This document shows positions 18,285 through 26,436 of a stretch of 45,791 nucleotides of DNA, piece after piece. The notes beneath the pieces are model-generated. The model saw nothing but the letters and a program-made list of their open reading frames with translations, did no database searches and was not told the origin of the DNA. Position numbers and translations under genes: made by a program. Source of the stretch: a virus; the IMG/VR virus record IMGVR_UViG_3300029857_000010; one strand, 5' to 3'. Within the stretch, counting starts at the first letter, position 1. Each line of letters opens with the position of its first letter.

Positions 18285-20047
18285 CCTCCCGGCACGCCTA
18301 GCCAGCTTGTAATAGCTGGGTTGGAATCATTCGCCGCCGCAGTAAGATTTTTGGCCGCCTCTGCCGCAGGAGCCGCAGCCTGCGCCATTGCCAAGCCTTC
18401 CTGCATTTCCTGCTGCCGTTGCATTTCCTGCTGCTCTTGTTTGAGCATTTCTTGTACTTCTTCATCACTACGCAATGCCACTGCAGGCACGCCAAGCATT
18501 TCAAAGTATTTTGTAATAGCACCCAACGGGTTAATCTTCTTTGTAACTTCTGGCCATACTTGCGCCATTTGTCCGGTCTGTGCTATCGCCTGTTCGATAT
18601 TCACAAGTCCGCTCATCTTCTGCGCCTGCGCCAGCGGTGAAATATAGTCCACTTCCACATCTTCCTCGCTCAAAAGGTCTTGCAGTTCTTCCGGTACCGG
18701 AGGGAAACCGCCACTTCTGTCGATGATGTTATATACACGTTGAAGAATCAGTGTTAAGAATTCATCCTGCAATCGCTCAACCACGGGGCCTAGCTGTTGC
18801 AGTTTTTCCTGCGTTCTCTCCATAACCTCCCTAGCAGTCATGCGGCTATTATCAAGGTTATCTAACATCAAGAACAAATCAGCACTGTATGCTCTCTTTA
18901 TAGCATCCTCAACGCGAATAATTTCTTCCTGCGCGTCCTTCAAGTCAAGGTCAACCGCGAACAAAGGCTTAACCATATCTTGCGTCTGGTCATCTACGGC
19001 TGTTAGACCGCCAGGCATCAAGTTAATACCGCCGTTATTCATAAGGCTTGGGCTGCCTTGCATCGGCGGCTTTATCTTTAACTCTATTGCTGTGAGATAA
19101 TCTTTTTTCAGCAGTTGCAGCATTTTACTGTCGCCTTCTGCAAACCACGCAGGACCTCTTGCGTATGCTTCATTGCCGCTGACAAGATAACGCGCTACCG
19201 GTACTGCTTCTTCTTCAAAGCCGCCAACATACAAGTATTCGTCGCTCTCTGATTTTTCCAACCAGTACACGCTTCTATACGGCATGTTCAGTCTGTCCAT
19301 GTAGCCAGGCAGTTTATCGCTGTTAGGCTCTACCATCCAGCAGACTTTATACTTCTTAGTAAGATTGGTCTGATTGTCTAACAGTCCTTTCAGATTGTCG
19401 GGCAAAGCGTCTACGCCGAAGCAGTCTGCTAGCTGCTGCAAAGTCATATCGTACTTTCTTGCAAAAGTAGTTACCTTGCCGAAGCCGTCTGCTTCAAGTG
19501 CATAAGTACCGATTGTCATTGTCTGGAACCGCACGCCGTTTTCTGCGTCGTAGAATATAGCCATCGGGCACTGCCCAAAAGGCAACTCCAGATATACAGT
19601 ATGGATGCTATTATAGAAGTTGCTCTTTGCAAGCACACTTGATACAATCTCTTGTCTTGTGTCAAGCACCTTCATAGCCTCAACATTCGTGTTCAGCTCC
19701 GGTCTTCTATATGCAAATCTGAACCACTGACGGCTCGGCGGTGTAAGTCCGCTCATAACGCCAGCGGCAAATACCTGCGCCGCTCTCCACGCTACGCCAT
19801 GCACAATCTTCAAGTCACGTCTGCGCGCGGGATTGGTCTTGTCTGCCGTGTTGTCAAACTCTCCGACAAACGGAAGCTGATAATCTCTTATCTCTTTCCA
19901 TCTGTCCTCCCAATCTCGCCTGTCCTCGTACATGCTTTTGAGCTTACGCACCAAACGCTGGCGGTCCGGCAAGTTCTTTTTCAGCGGCACCCCGTCACTA
20001 GGAAGTGTTCCCTGTGGCTTGCTCGCCGCTATCGTTTGAAAGTTCAT
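18275..20047 (-). CDS. portal / head-to-tail connector protein (T7 gp8-like), 590 aa
   Basis: The segment RMTAREVMERTQEKLQQLGPVVERLQDEFLTLILQRVYNI resembles T7 gp8 RVTAEEIRYVASELEDTLGGVYSILSQELQLPLVRVLLKQL. The Q/A-rich C-terminal tail is also gp8-like. Lies immediately downstream of the terminase gene. Confidence 0.7.
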   Translation of the reverse strand: MNFQTIAASKPQGTLPSDGVPLKKNLPDRQRLVRKLKSMYEDRRDWEDRWKEIRDYQLPFVGEFDNTADKTNPARRRDLKIVHGVAWRAAQVFAAGVMSGLTPPSRQWFRFAYRRPELNTNVEAMKVLDTRQEIVSSVLAKSNFYNSIHTVYLELPFGQCPMAIFYDAENGVRFQTMTIGTYALEADGFGKVTTFARKYDMTLQQLADCFGVDALPDNLKGLLDNQTNLTKKYKVCWMVEPNSDKLPGYMDRLNMPYRSVYWLEKSESDEYLYVGGFEEEAVPVARYLVSGNEAYARGPAWFAEGDSKMLQLLKKDYLTAIELKIKPPMQGSPSLMNNGGINLMPGGLTAVDDQTQDMVKPLFAVDLDLKDAQEEIIRVEDAIKRAYSADLFLMLDNLDNSRMTAREVMERTQEKLQQLGPVVERLQDEFLTLILQRVYNIIDRSGGFPPVPEELQDLLSEEDVEVDYISPLAQAQKMSGLVNIEQAIAQTGQMAQVWPEVTKKINPLGAITKYFEMLGVPAVALRSDEEVQEMLKQEQQEMQRQQEMQEGLAMAQAAAPAAEAAKNLTAAANDSNPAITSWLGVPGGWE

Positions 20048-20060
20048 AAGCTGTTACCTC

Positions 20061-20261
20061 TTAGCCTAAAGTATTACGGCCGCCTTCGCCGCCACTAGCA
20101 ATAGTGCTTGTCTGCGTAGATGCAAAGCCTTTACGTTTCTTCTTGTTACTATCGCTGCCGGTCGCAACTTCGCTGCTTGTCGCAACGGTAGTCGGTGCCG
20201 GGTCCACCTTTTCAATAGTCGGTGTGTTACCGCCGCCGAATAATTTTGCAATACCACCCAT
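20061..20261 (-). CDS. small hypothetical protein, 66 aa
   Basis: ORF with SD GGAGGCGG, lying between TerL and the portal gene. Confidence 0.45.
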   Translation of the reverse strand: MGGIAKLFGGGNTPTIEKVDPAPTTVATSSEVATGSDSNKKKRKGFASTQTSTIASGGEGGRNTLG

Positions 20262-20262
20262 T

Positions 20263-21618
20263 TTATACCGCCTCCATAATCGAATACTCCGTGTTGCACA
20301 TTAGCTTTTTAGGCTTTCTATCATCAAGCCCTAACTGTCTTAACGGAACGTTCCTTGCAAATGTTAATACTAGGCCGTCTGCAAGGTCTGGTGAACGTCC
20401 TAGCTTTTCTTTTATCTCTTCTTTAGGCGTTAACATTAAACGCCCATTCTTAGAATACTTATAGTGAATGACTGCAAGTTCTTCTCTTAATCCCGGTTCC
20501 TCCGGCAAAGCACCGCCAGCCTCTATCCACTCTTTTAGCTTGAAGTACATCTCCGCTCTGATATTCTCGTATCGCTTATTCTCAATCGCTGCGCCTTGAA
20601 ACGGTATCTCTCTTAGCGCCGTGTACCCCATCTGCCTCAATCTGTCGACTACGCCAGCACCCATGTTGCCAACGTCTATAAAGGTCATATCTGCCTTATT
20701 TTCATCCATTGCCAAAGCAATATAATCTGCCGTCTGCATCGTATTCAACTTCTTATATACTCTCGGCCGTGAATATACCATTAGCCCCTTACGCTGCCAT
20801 ATACATGTTCTGTCATCGCCGAAGCGTGCTATATCTGCACCCTGGATAAGCGGCATATCATAGGGAATGTCCTTTTCCGTCAACTCTCTATTGAAAGCCC
20901 TGTCTAATTCTTCCAGACTGAAAAGCTCGTTGATTGCCGATACGCTAAAGTCACACAAATACTCTTGTCTGAATTCTACCTCCGGCATATCCTCTTTCAG
21001 TTCTTCTATGCTCTTTGCGTCTATAATGCCGCTATCGTACACGTTCGACAAATACGCAAAGTAACGCTTATTCGTCTTGGCCTTCTTGTACATCTCATAG
21101 AAGTTGTTCTGCCCCTTAGGTGTACCGATGAAATAGCAATAACCTTTTCTGTCGCCATTCTCTATCGCAGGTCTGATAATCTGCGTCCACATCTCCGGCT
21201 TCATATCCGAATACTCGTCAAGGATTACGCCGTCCCAATATGTACCGCGCAATGCGTCGGGATTATTCGCACCAACGATATATATTCTCGCTCCCTGCGC
21301 TCCAGGTACTTTACTGGGGAATTCAACATACTTTTTAGTTTCATTCACCTTGATGCCCTCTATGACGCTTGTGTAATACTTCAATGGGCCCCACGCGATA
21401 ATTTCCATCTGTGCGCTGAACGGACCTACTAAAGCATACTGCGGACTGATTAAGTCGCTCTGCAAAGCATCCCTTATAAGGTGATTCACCATTCCGATGG
21501 TCTTACCAAAGCGGCGGTGTGCTACGATTACTGCAAAGCGGTGTCTGCTTAATTCCTTATGCAGTACCTTCGCCCATGCAGGTCGTGGAGTATATGGTAT
21601 TTGTATTATGTTTTCCAT
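20263..21618 (-). CDS. terL: terminase large subunit, 451 aa
   Basis: ATPase motifs (…AHRRFGKT…, …GVILDEYSDM…) and a C-terminal nuclease-like region (FIDVGNMGAGVVDRL). True start is ATG at complement(21616..21618) with SD AGGGGG. The 64-aa N-terminal extension in the ORF track reads through noncoding sequence. Confidence 0.75.
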   Translation of the reverse strand: MENIIQIPYTPRPAWAKVLHKELSRHRFAVIVAHRRFGKTIGMVNHLIRDALQSDLISPQYALVGPFSAQMEIIAWGPLKYYTSVIEGIKVNETKKYVEFPSKVPGAQGARIYIVGANNPDALRGTYWDGVILDEYSDMKPEMWTQIIRPAIENGDRKGYCYFIGTPKGQNNFYEMYKKAKTNKRYFAYLSNVYDSGIIDAKSIEELKEDMPEVEFRQEYLCDFSVSAINELFSLEELDRAFNRELTEKDIPYDMPLIQGADIARFGDDRTCIWQRKGLMVYSRPRVYKKLNTMQTADYIALAMDENKADMTFIDVGNMGAGVVDRLRQMGYTALREIPFQGAAIENKRYENIRAEMYFKLKEWIEAGGALPEEPGLREELAVIHYKYSKNGRLMLTPKEEIKEKLGRSPDLADGLVLTFARNVPLRQLGLDDRKPKKLMCNTEYSIMEAV

Positions 21619-21996
21619 GTTTACCCCCTTGAAAAAATCGTTTTGGTAATTTTTGGTATTTACCTCCCCCGGCGGCTGCGAAATTTTTGGGCCCCACCCC
21701 CACTCAATGTCAGCGGGAAAGGCAAGAACCAAAATCAATTTTTGCGAAAACCCAGGGAAATCACCAACACCAGCGCTGCCAAACAACCAATCAGAACCCA
21801 CGCCAAACAAAAATAAAAACGTGGTAGGCCTGCCGCATGAGCCACGCAGGAACGGCCGCCAACATCTGCCAGGCGAACGCCTGCCGCTAACATCATCAGC
21901 CAGGCCGTCAACATCTGGAACCGCCAGCTAATCAGCAGCAGCAGGATAATATTTTACGTCCGATAATAAGGATTATGTTAAAAGTTCTATCTATGT

Positions 21997-22350
21997 TTAT
22001 GTTTTGGTAGCATCTTCTGAACAATCGTTTACAACTATCGCATCATCTGCCGCGCCCCAATGATACACGGCCGGCCCCTTGTTGGCGTGCGTCTGCTTGT
22101 CAAACGCGCCTATACTGTCAGCATACATCTTAGACGCTGCTAATCTATCCTTGTTGCTGGCCTTGTTATCAGTCATTATCTTGAGCCAGTAGGCTTGCAG
22201 GTCCTGCACAGCCAGGACGGCTACAGCCGCGCCCTGCTGTTTGAGCAGCGCCGCACAATCCTCTAACGTCTGCGGCGTTGTTGCTATTGCCGGTGGTCTG
22301 CCTCTTGTCGGTGTATTTGTATTAGCTAATAAACTTTTAATCTTAAACAT
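21997..22350 (-). CDS. putative terminase small subunit, 117 aa
   Basis: Small ORF immediately upstream of TerL on the same strand. The N-terminal TRGRPP motif suggests DNA binding. The weak SD makes the start uncertain (the track's longer start is at 22437). Confidence 0.4.
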   Translation of the reverse strand: MFKIKSLLANTNTPTRGRPPAIATTPQTLEDCAALLKQQGAAVAVLAVQDLQAYWLKIMTDNKASNKDRLAASKMYADSIGAFDKQTHANKGPAVYHWGAADDAIVVNDCSEDATKT

Positions 22351-22637
22351 TTCCGTCACATTCTCGTTACAATCTCTGTAACTGTATATACAATTAATAT
22401 TATTAATAATGACAATCAGTAAACAATACATTAACAATACATATTGAAAAGATAATCATTATTTACCAGAAAAAGACAATAAAAAAATGATTAACAGAAT
22501 CCATCTGTCAATCATCAATTAAATTATATTTATTATCTTGCTATAAATTATATACCCTAAAAAATGCTATTAAGTCAATGACACATTATTATTTTTTTGT
22601 GAACTGTCTTAACATATTATAAATGTTGCTGAATAAA

Positions 22638-22680
22638 GAAGAACGGCCGCCGCTGAACATCTGCCAGCGTGCGGCCGTTG
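22638..22680 (-). terminator. stem-loop downstream of the HTH gene, a putative terminator
   Basis: Inverted repeat AACGGCCGC…GCGGCCGTT followed by T-rich sequence on the minus strand. Confidence 0.4.
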
Positions 22681-22699
22681 CTACTCTTATAATGTTGTT

Positions 22700-22960
22700 T
22701 TAACCCTCTGCATCATCTGCGGGGCTGCCGTCATCTGCTGGCGGCGCGGGGAACGTCAGAACGGCGCGCCCGGCATCATCTACAAACGCCAGGCGAACGC
22801 CGCAGGCCTGCGCTATCCTGGTTAAATCCTGCGCGGTAAAGCTGCCGCGGTTATATTTGTTGCTCAATGCCTGCGGCGTGCTAAGGCCTAGCGCCTGCGC
22901 CAAATCCGCGCGGCTCAATCCTGCGAGCTGCACGGCCGCCTTGATAATTGGTGTAATCAT
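22700..22960 (-). CDS. XRE-family HTH DNA-binding protein, 86 aa, a candidate regulator of the divergent promoter region
   Basis: HTH signature GLSRADLAQALGLSTPQALSNKYNRG. Strong SD AAAGGAGG upstream. Confidence 0.65.
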   Translation of the reverse strand: MITPIIKAAVQLAGLSRADLAQALGLSTPQALSNKYNRGSFTAQDLTRIAQACGVRLAFVDDAGRAVLTFPAPPADDGSPADDAEG

Positions 22961-22989
22961 GTTTTTAGCCTCCTTTTTTGCTTATCTAC

Positions 22990-23018
22990 ATTATATAACC
23001 ATAGCCGCAAAAAATCAA
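22990..23018 (-). promoter_or_regulatory. sigma-A-type promoter for the HTH gene (TTGATT-17-TATAAT on the minus strand)
   Basis: -10 at complement(22990..22995), -35 at complement(23013..23018), 17-nt spacer. Confidence 0.5.
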
Positions 23019-23051
23019 ATCAAAAAAGTTAAAAAATAATCAAAAAAGGTA

Positions 23052-23080
23052 TTGACAAGCTAATCAAAGGCGTTTATAAT
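23052..23080 (+). promoter_or_regulatory. perfect-consensus sigma-A promoter (TTGACA-17-TATAAT) driving the plus-strand accessory operon
   Basis: TTGACA at 23052-23057, TATAAT at 23075-23080, exact 17-nt spacer. Repeated (T)AATCAAA elements at about 23013, 23037, 23061 and 23103. Confidence 0.7.
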
Positions 23081-23142
23081 ATACTCAACAAAGCAAATAA
23101 ACTAATCAAAACCGAAATTGCTACATTTAGGAGGAACTAAAA

Positions 23143-23364
23143 ATGGCTACACAAAAAGAACAAACACAAGACGCTAAAATGATTCAGTTGGCGCTTTACC
23201 GTGAATACGGCTTCCAGCCGTGCTTGAAGGACATCGAAATTCTGGAAAGCGTCGAAAACCCGGACTTCCCCTGGCATCTTGAAAGGGCCTACGTTGAAAT
23301 CAAAGGCCACTTTTACACCATCTATCAAAACGAATTTGGCGGGTTGACCGTACAAAAATATTAA
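23143..23364 (+). CDS. hypothetical protein, 73 aa
   Basis: First ORF of the operon, SD TAGGAGGA. Confidence 0.55.
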   Translation: MATQKEQTQDAKMIQLALYREYGFQPCLKDIEILESVENPDFPWHLERAYVEIKGHFYTIYQNEFGGLTVQKY

Positions 23365-23452
23365 AGCTGACGGCGGCCCCGTTGGGGGCCGTAAAGCTGC
23401 CAGGCAGAAGGTCCGAAGCCCTAGCCAACAGCCGAAAGGAGAGAATAAGAAA

Positions 23453-24397
23453 ATGACTTTTGAAAAGTATAATGCGAACCCCGAAAATAAGAATATCGGT
23501 GATTGCTCAATTAGAGCTATCTGCACGGCAACCCCGTTAACCTACCAGCAGGCTAAAAAGCTGCTGGAAACAAAGGTATTTGAAAGCGGCGCTGCATGGA
23601 ACACCGTGAAGAACATCACCGCCGCCCTGGCTGACCTGGGAATTGAAGTTAAAGCCGCCAGCCGCGAAACAGTCAACAGCTTTACAAAGCATTGCGATAC
23701 CGGCGCCAGCTACGTTGTTTTTGTAGCAAAGCACGCCGTAGCCGTTGTTAATGGCGTTATCTATGATACATGGGACAGCAGCCGCCGTTTTGTAAAGCTG
23801 GTTGCCAAAGTCAGCCGTGAAAAATTTGACGAATTGAAAGCCAAATACAACCCGGAACCTAAAAAGGAGGAAAAGAAAATGGACTGGAAAAAGATTTTTG
23901 CCGCTTGCGAAACAATCGAGGAACTGAAAAAGGCGTTTAAAAAAGCCTGCATGACTTGCCACCCCGACAAGGGAGGCACGGCCGCCGAATTTAAGGCAAT
24001 GAGCGCAGCGCACGACAAGCGCGCCGCCGAACTTGCCGAAAGTGAAAGCCGCCAGGAGTGGCAGCGCAACAAGAAAGCGGACGGCACTTATAAAACAGCC
24101 GCCGAAATCCTGGCCGAACAGGCGGAATTTGCCGAAATCCTGGCCGTGCTGATGGGCTTGAAGGGCCTTGAAATTGAAATCTGCGGCAGCTGGTTATGGA
24201 TAGGCGGCGAAACGAAAGAGAACAAAGACGCCTTGAAAGGCGCCGGCTGCCGTTGGGCCAGCAAGAAAAAATTATGGTATTGGCATGCTGGCGAATGGGT
24301 GAAGAAGGTCCGCCGCGCGTTGACCATGGACGAAATCCGCGACCTGCACGGCAGCGAGTTGTTGAAATACCGCCCGGAAACGCCCTTGTTACAATAG
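23453..24397 (+). CDS. J-domain (DnaJ-like, HPD motif) protein with an N-terminal putative Cys/His peptidase-like domain, 314 aa
   Basis: J-domain signature IEELKKAFKKACMTCHPDKGGTAAEFKAMSAAHDKRA, with the HPD codons at 23960-23968. N-terminus has …NIGDCSIRAI… and …KHAVAVVNGVIYDTWD…. An in-frame internal SD AAAGGAGG plus ATG lies at 23862-23881. Confidence 0.65.
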   Translation: MTFEKYNANPENKNIGDCSIRAICTATPLTYQQAKKLLETKVFESGAAWNTVKNITAALADLGIEVKAASRETVNSFTKHCDTGASYVVFVAKHAVAVVNGVIYDTWDSSRRFVKLVAKVSREKFDELKAKYNPEPKKEEKKMDWKKIFAACETIEELKKAFKKACMTCHPDKGGTAAEFKAMSAAHDKRAAELAESESRQEWQRNKKADGTYKTAAEILAEQAEFAEILAVLMGLKGLEIEICGSWLWIGGETKENKDALKGAGCRWASKKKLWYWHAGEWVKKVRRALTMDEIRDLHGSELLKYRPETPLLQ

Positions 24398-24478
24398 CCG
24401 AAACGCCGCCCCGTGCGGCGTATACCGGGGACCGGCCGCCCCGGTACTGATGAGGCAGGCCAAAGGAAGGAGATAAGA

Positions 24479-24709
24479 ATGAAAATAGCTATTATAAGCA
24501 AATTGACACCCGAGCATCCGGCGTGGAAGCACGGGAAGCGCTTAGACGTAAAAATCTTTACGCAGCTTTACCCCGGCGGCCCGCAATATTATTGCGGAAA
24601 CGGCAAATATTGTGAAGATATGGAAGCGGTAAAAGCTTTTATCGCAGAAGAAGCGCCGGACAAAATCAGCGACGAAAGGACAATAGGAGGCTTGAAAAAT
24701 GAAGCGTGA
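24479..24709 (+). CDS. hypothetical protein, 76 aa
   Basis: ORF with SD AAGGAAGGAG. The track's longer start at 24413 has no SD. Confidence 0.5.
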   Translation: MKIAIISKLTPEHPAWKHGKRLDVKIFTQLYPGGPQYYCGNGKYCEDMEAVKAFIAEEAPDKISDERTIGGLKNEA

Positions 24710-24878
24710 AGAAGCGTTAAAATTGTTGCTGAAGATTGAAGAATTCCGGCAGCAACCGGCAATGCATAAGGCGGAACATGATTTTACGTGTCGCATTATC
24801 GCCGCTATGGTTGCGGAAGCAGGCGGCTTTAAAAGCCGGAACGAATGGACCGCAGAAATCAAGGAGGCTTTAAAGTGA
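24699..24878 (+). CDS. small hypothetical protein, 59 aa
   Basis: ATG with SD AGGAGG 8 nt upstream. Overlaps the upstream gene by 11 nt. Below the ORF-track size cutoff. Confidence 0.4.
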   Translation: MKREEALKLLLKIEEFRQQPAMHKAEHDFTCRIIAAMVAEAGGFKSRNEWTAEIKEALK

Positions 24879-25030
24879 AGCGAAAAGAGCGCAAACATCA
24901 ATATTTAAAGCTTGCCAAATCTTTACGCAGTTTGTCACACGCTAAAGGCGGCGTTAAAAAATTAACATACGCCCAGCAGTGCGCGTATTGGGACAGCGTG
25001 AGCTTGCTATATTTGTTCAATCTTTTGTAA
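24875..25030 (+). CDS. small basic hypothetical protein, 51 aa, GTG start
   Basis: GTG preceded by AAGGAGG (24861-24867). Overlaps the previous stop. Confidence 0.3.
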   Translation: MKRKERKHQYLKLAKSLRSLSHAKGGVKKLTYAQQCAYWDSVSLLYLFNLL

Positions 25031-25110
25031 AGGACCCACTACACCGGCAGGAATGCCGCTGCCGGTGTAGAATATTAAAGGCAGAAGCGATTTTTTAGGA
25101 GGAATTAACC

Positions 25111-25620
25111 ATGTTGAAAGAAGTTAAAAACAACGTTTATAACGCCCTTTTTGTAGCCGCCGATGAAGAAGGCCAGCGCTACGCCGCTTTTGAATCCGAC
25201 TGGAACGGCGAATATTGGGAAGCGACCGCCTGCACGGAAAGCGGCGAGCTTATCAAAGGCGAAACCACTAAGCTTTACCCCGTTCACGTTTACCACGCTG
25301 GAACCGACGAATACGAAGAAGTGGGCTACGATGAAGAAGCGCCCCGCGTTCTGCTGCCTGGCTGGCGCGACTACCAGAAGTGCGGCTATAACGAAAGCTA
25401 TTCCCTGGCCCCCGTCGCTTACAGTGAAGCGAGTGACCGCGTTTACATGATGCTGCCGGAAGGCGCTAGCGTTTACGCTGATGACGCAGGCTGCCCGGTG
25501 ATTGATTTTGACGGCTTTAAACAAGCCGACGTAATTAACCAATATGACGGCAGCAGCTGCCGCCCGTATATCATCGGCAATGACCGCCGCCGCGCATATC
25601 TGGAAGTTGTCGAACTATAA
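25111..25620 (+). CDS. acidic hypothetical protein, 169 aa
   Basis: SD TAGGAGGA. Strongly acidic composition. CRPYI motif shared with the 26068 gene. Confidence 0.55.
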   Translation: MLKEVKNNVYNALFVAADEEGQRYAAFESDWNGEYWEATACTESGELIKGETTKLYPVHVYHAGTDEYEEVGYDEEAPRVLLPGWRDYQKCGYNESYSLAPVAYSEASDRVYMMLPEGASVYADDAGCPVIDFDGFKQADVINQYDGSSCRPYIIGNDRRRAYLEVVEL

Positions 25621-25674
25621 CCCCGAATCACCCGCCCGGCGCAAGCCGGGCTATTATCGAAAGGAAGCGAAAAC

Positions 25675-26055
25675 ATGAAAAATTTTGTCGGCTTGAAAGC
25701 CGAAATCAAAAAGCAGAAAGCTATCCGCGCCCGGCTTGACAATGAGCGCGGCCGCCAAACTGTTAATTGGAAAGCCGCAACTTTTCGCCTGGCGTTGCTG
25801 AACCATTGGAAGCGTCAAGGCGTAGGGCTGCCGGACAACTACAGACAGCTTTGGAACCCGCCCACTAATTGGACCGCGCGCACGTTGAAAGAACGCACGC
25901 CGCTGCACGTTTGGGAAGTTGACGCATTGCGCGCGGGATTGGTTGCAGAAGCGTGCAAAAAATTTAAAAACGCAACGTCCCCGCTTATTCGTTGGATGAT
26001 AAGAGATGAGCTGGCGGCAAAAGTTACCGAATTGTACCGCCGCCCGGTATTTTAA
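25675..26055 (+). CDS. basic Trp-rich hypothetical protein, 126 aa
   Basis: ORF with SD AAAGGAAG. Confidence 0.5.
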   Translation: MKNFVGLKAEIKKQKAIRARLDNERGRQTVNWKAATFRLALLNHWKRQGVGLPDNYRQLWNPPTNWTARTLKERTPLHVWEVDALRAGLVAEACKKFKNATSPLIRWMIRDELAAKVTELYRRPVF

Positions 26056-26067
26056 GGAGGAAGAATA

Positions 26068-26436
26068 ATGGAAACTAAAACCTTTTACGCACTGAAAAGA
26101 AATGCTATCTGGCTGCCGCGCCGCAACCACGGCAAGGACTACAAAACCTACACCCCGTTAATCAGCCTGGAAGCGCAGGATGATTGTGAGCCCGTCGAGC
26201 TACAGCGCAGCGAAAGCCTGGAAGAACTCAAAACTGTTTTGAACAGCGACGCTTGCCGCCCCTACATCGACAACAAGAGCGGCAGCGATACTCTCTATGT
26301 AGAATACTACGTAGAGGAAGCGGAATACACCCGTGACGATGAAAGCGAGGACTGGGAGTTTTCCGCCGGTTCGATGTACTATGAGCGTGAAGCGGATAAC
26401 ACGCCGATGAGCGACAGGAAGAAGGCTAGTTTATGA
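26068..26436 (+). CDS. acidic hypothetical protein, 122 aa
   Basis: SD TAAGGAGGAAG. Acidic composition. CRPYI motif. Confidence 0.55.
   Translation: METKTFYALKRNAIWLPRRNHGKDYKTYTPLISLEAQDDCEPVELQRSESLEELKTVLNSDACRPYIDNKSGSDTLYVEYYVEEAEYTRDDESEDWEFSAGSMYYEREADNTPMSDRKKASL

Noticed and set aside
21619-21810. N-terminal 64-aa extension of the terminase ORF in the ORF track (start at 21810)
   Set aside because: The extension is Gly/Trp/Pro-rich nonsense through a C/A-rich noncoding region. A strong SD (AGGGGG) precedes the internal ATG at 21618.
22646-22802. GC-rich repeats GAACGGCCGCC…AACATCTGCCAG shared with 21850-21884, considered as a mobile-element footprint
   Set aside because: Too short (about 25-35 bp). 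No terminal inverted repeats or transposase. Kept only as a possible packaging or regulatory motif in the findings.
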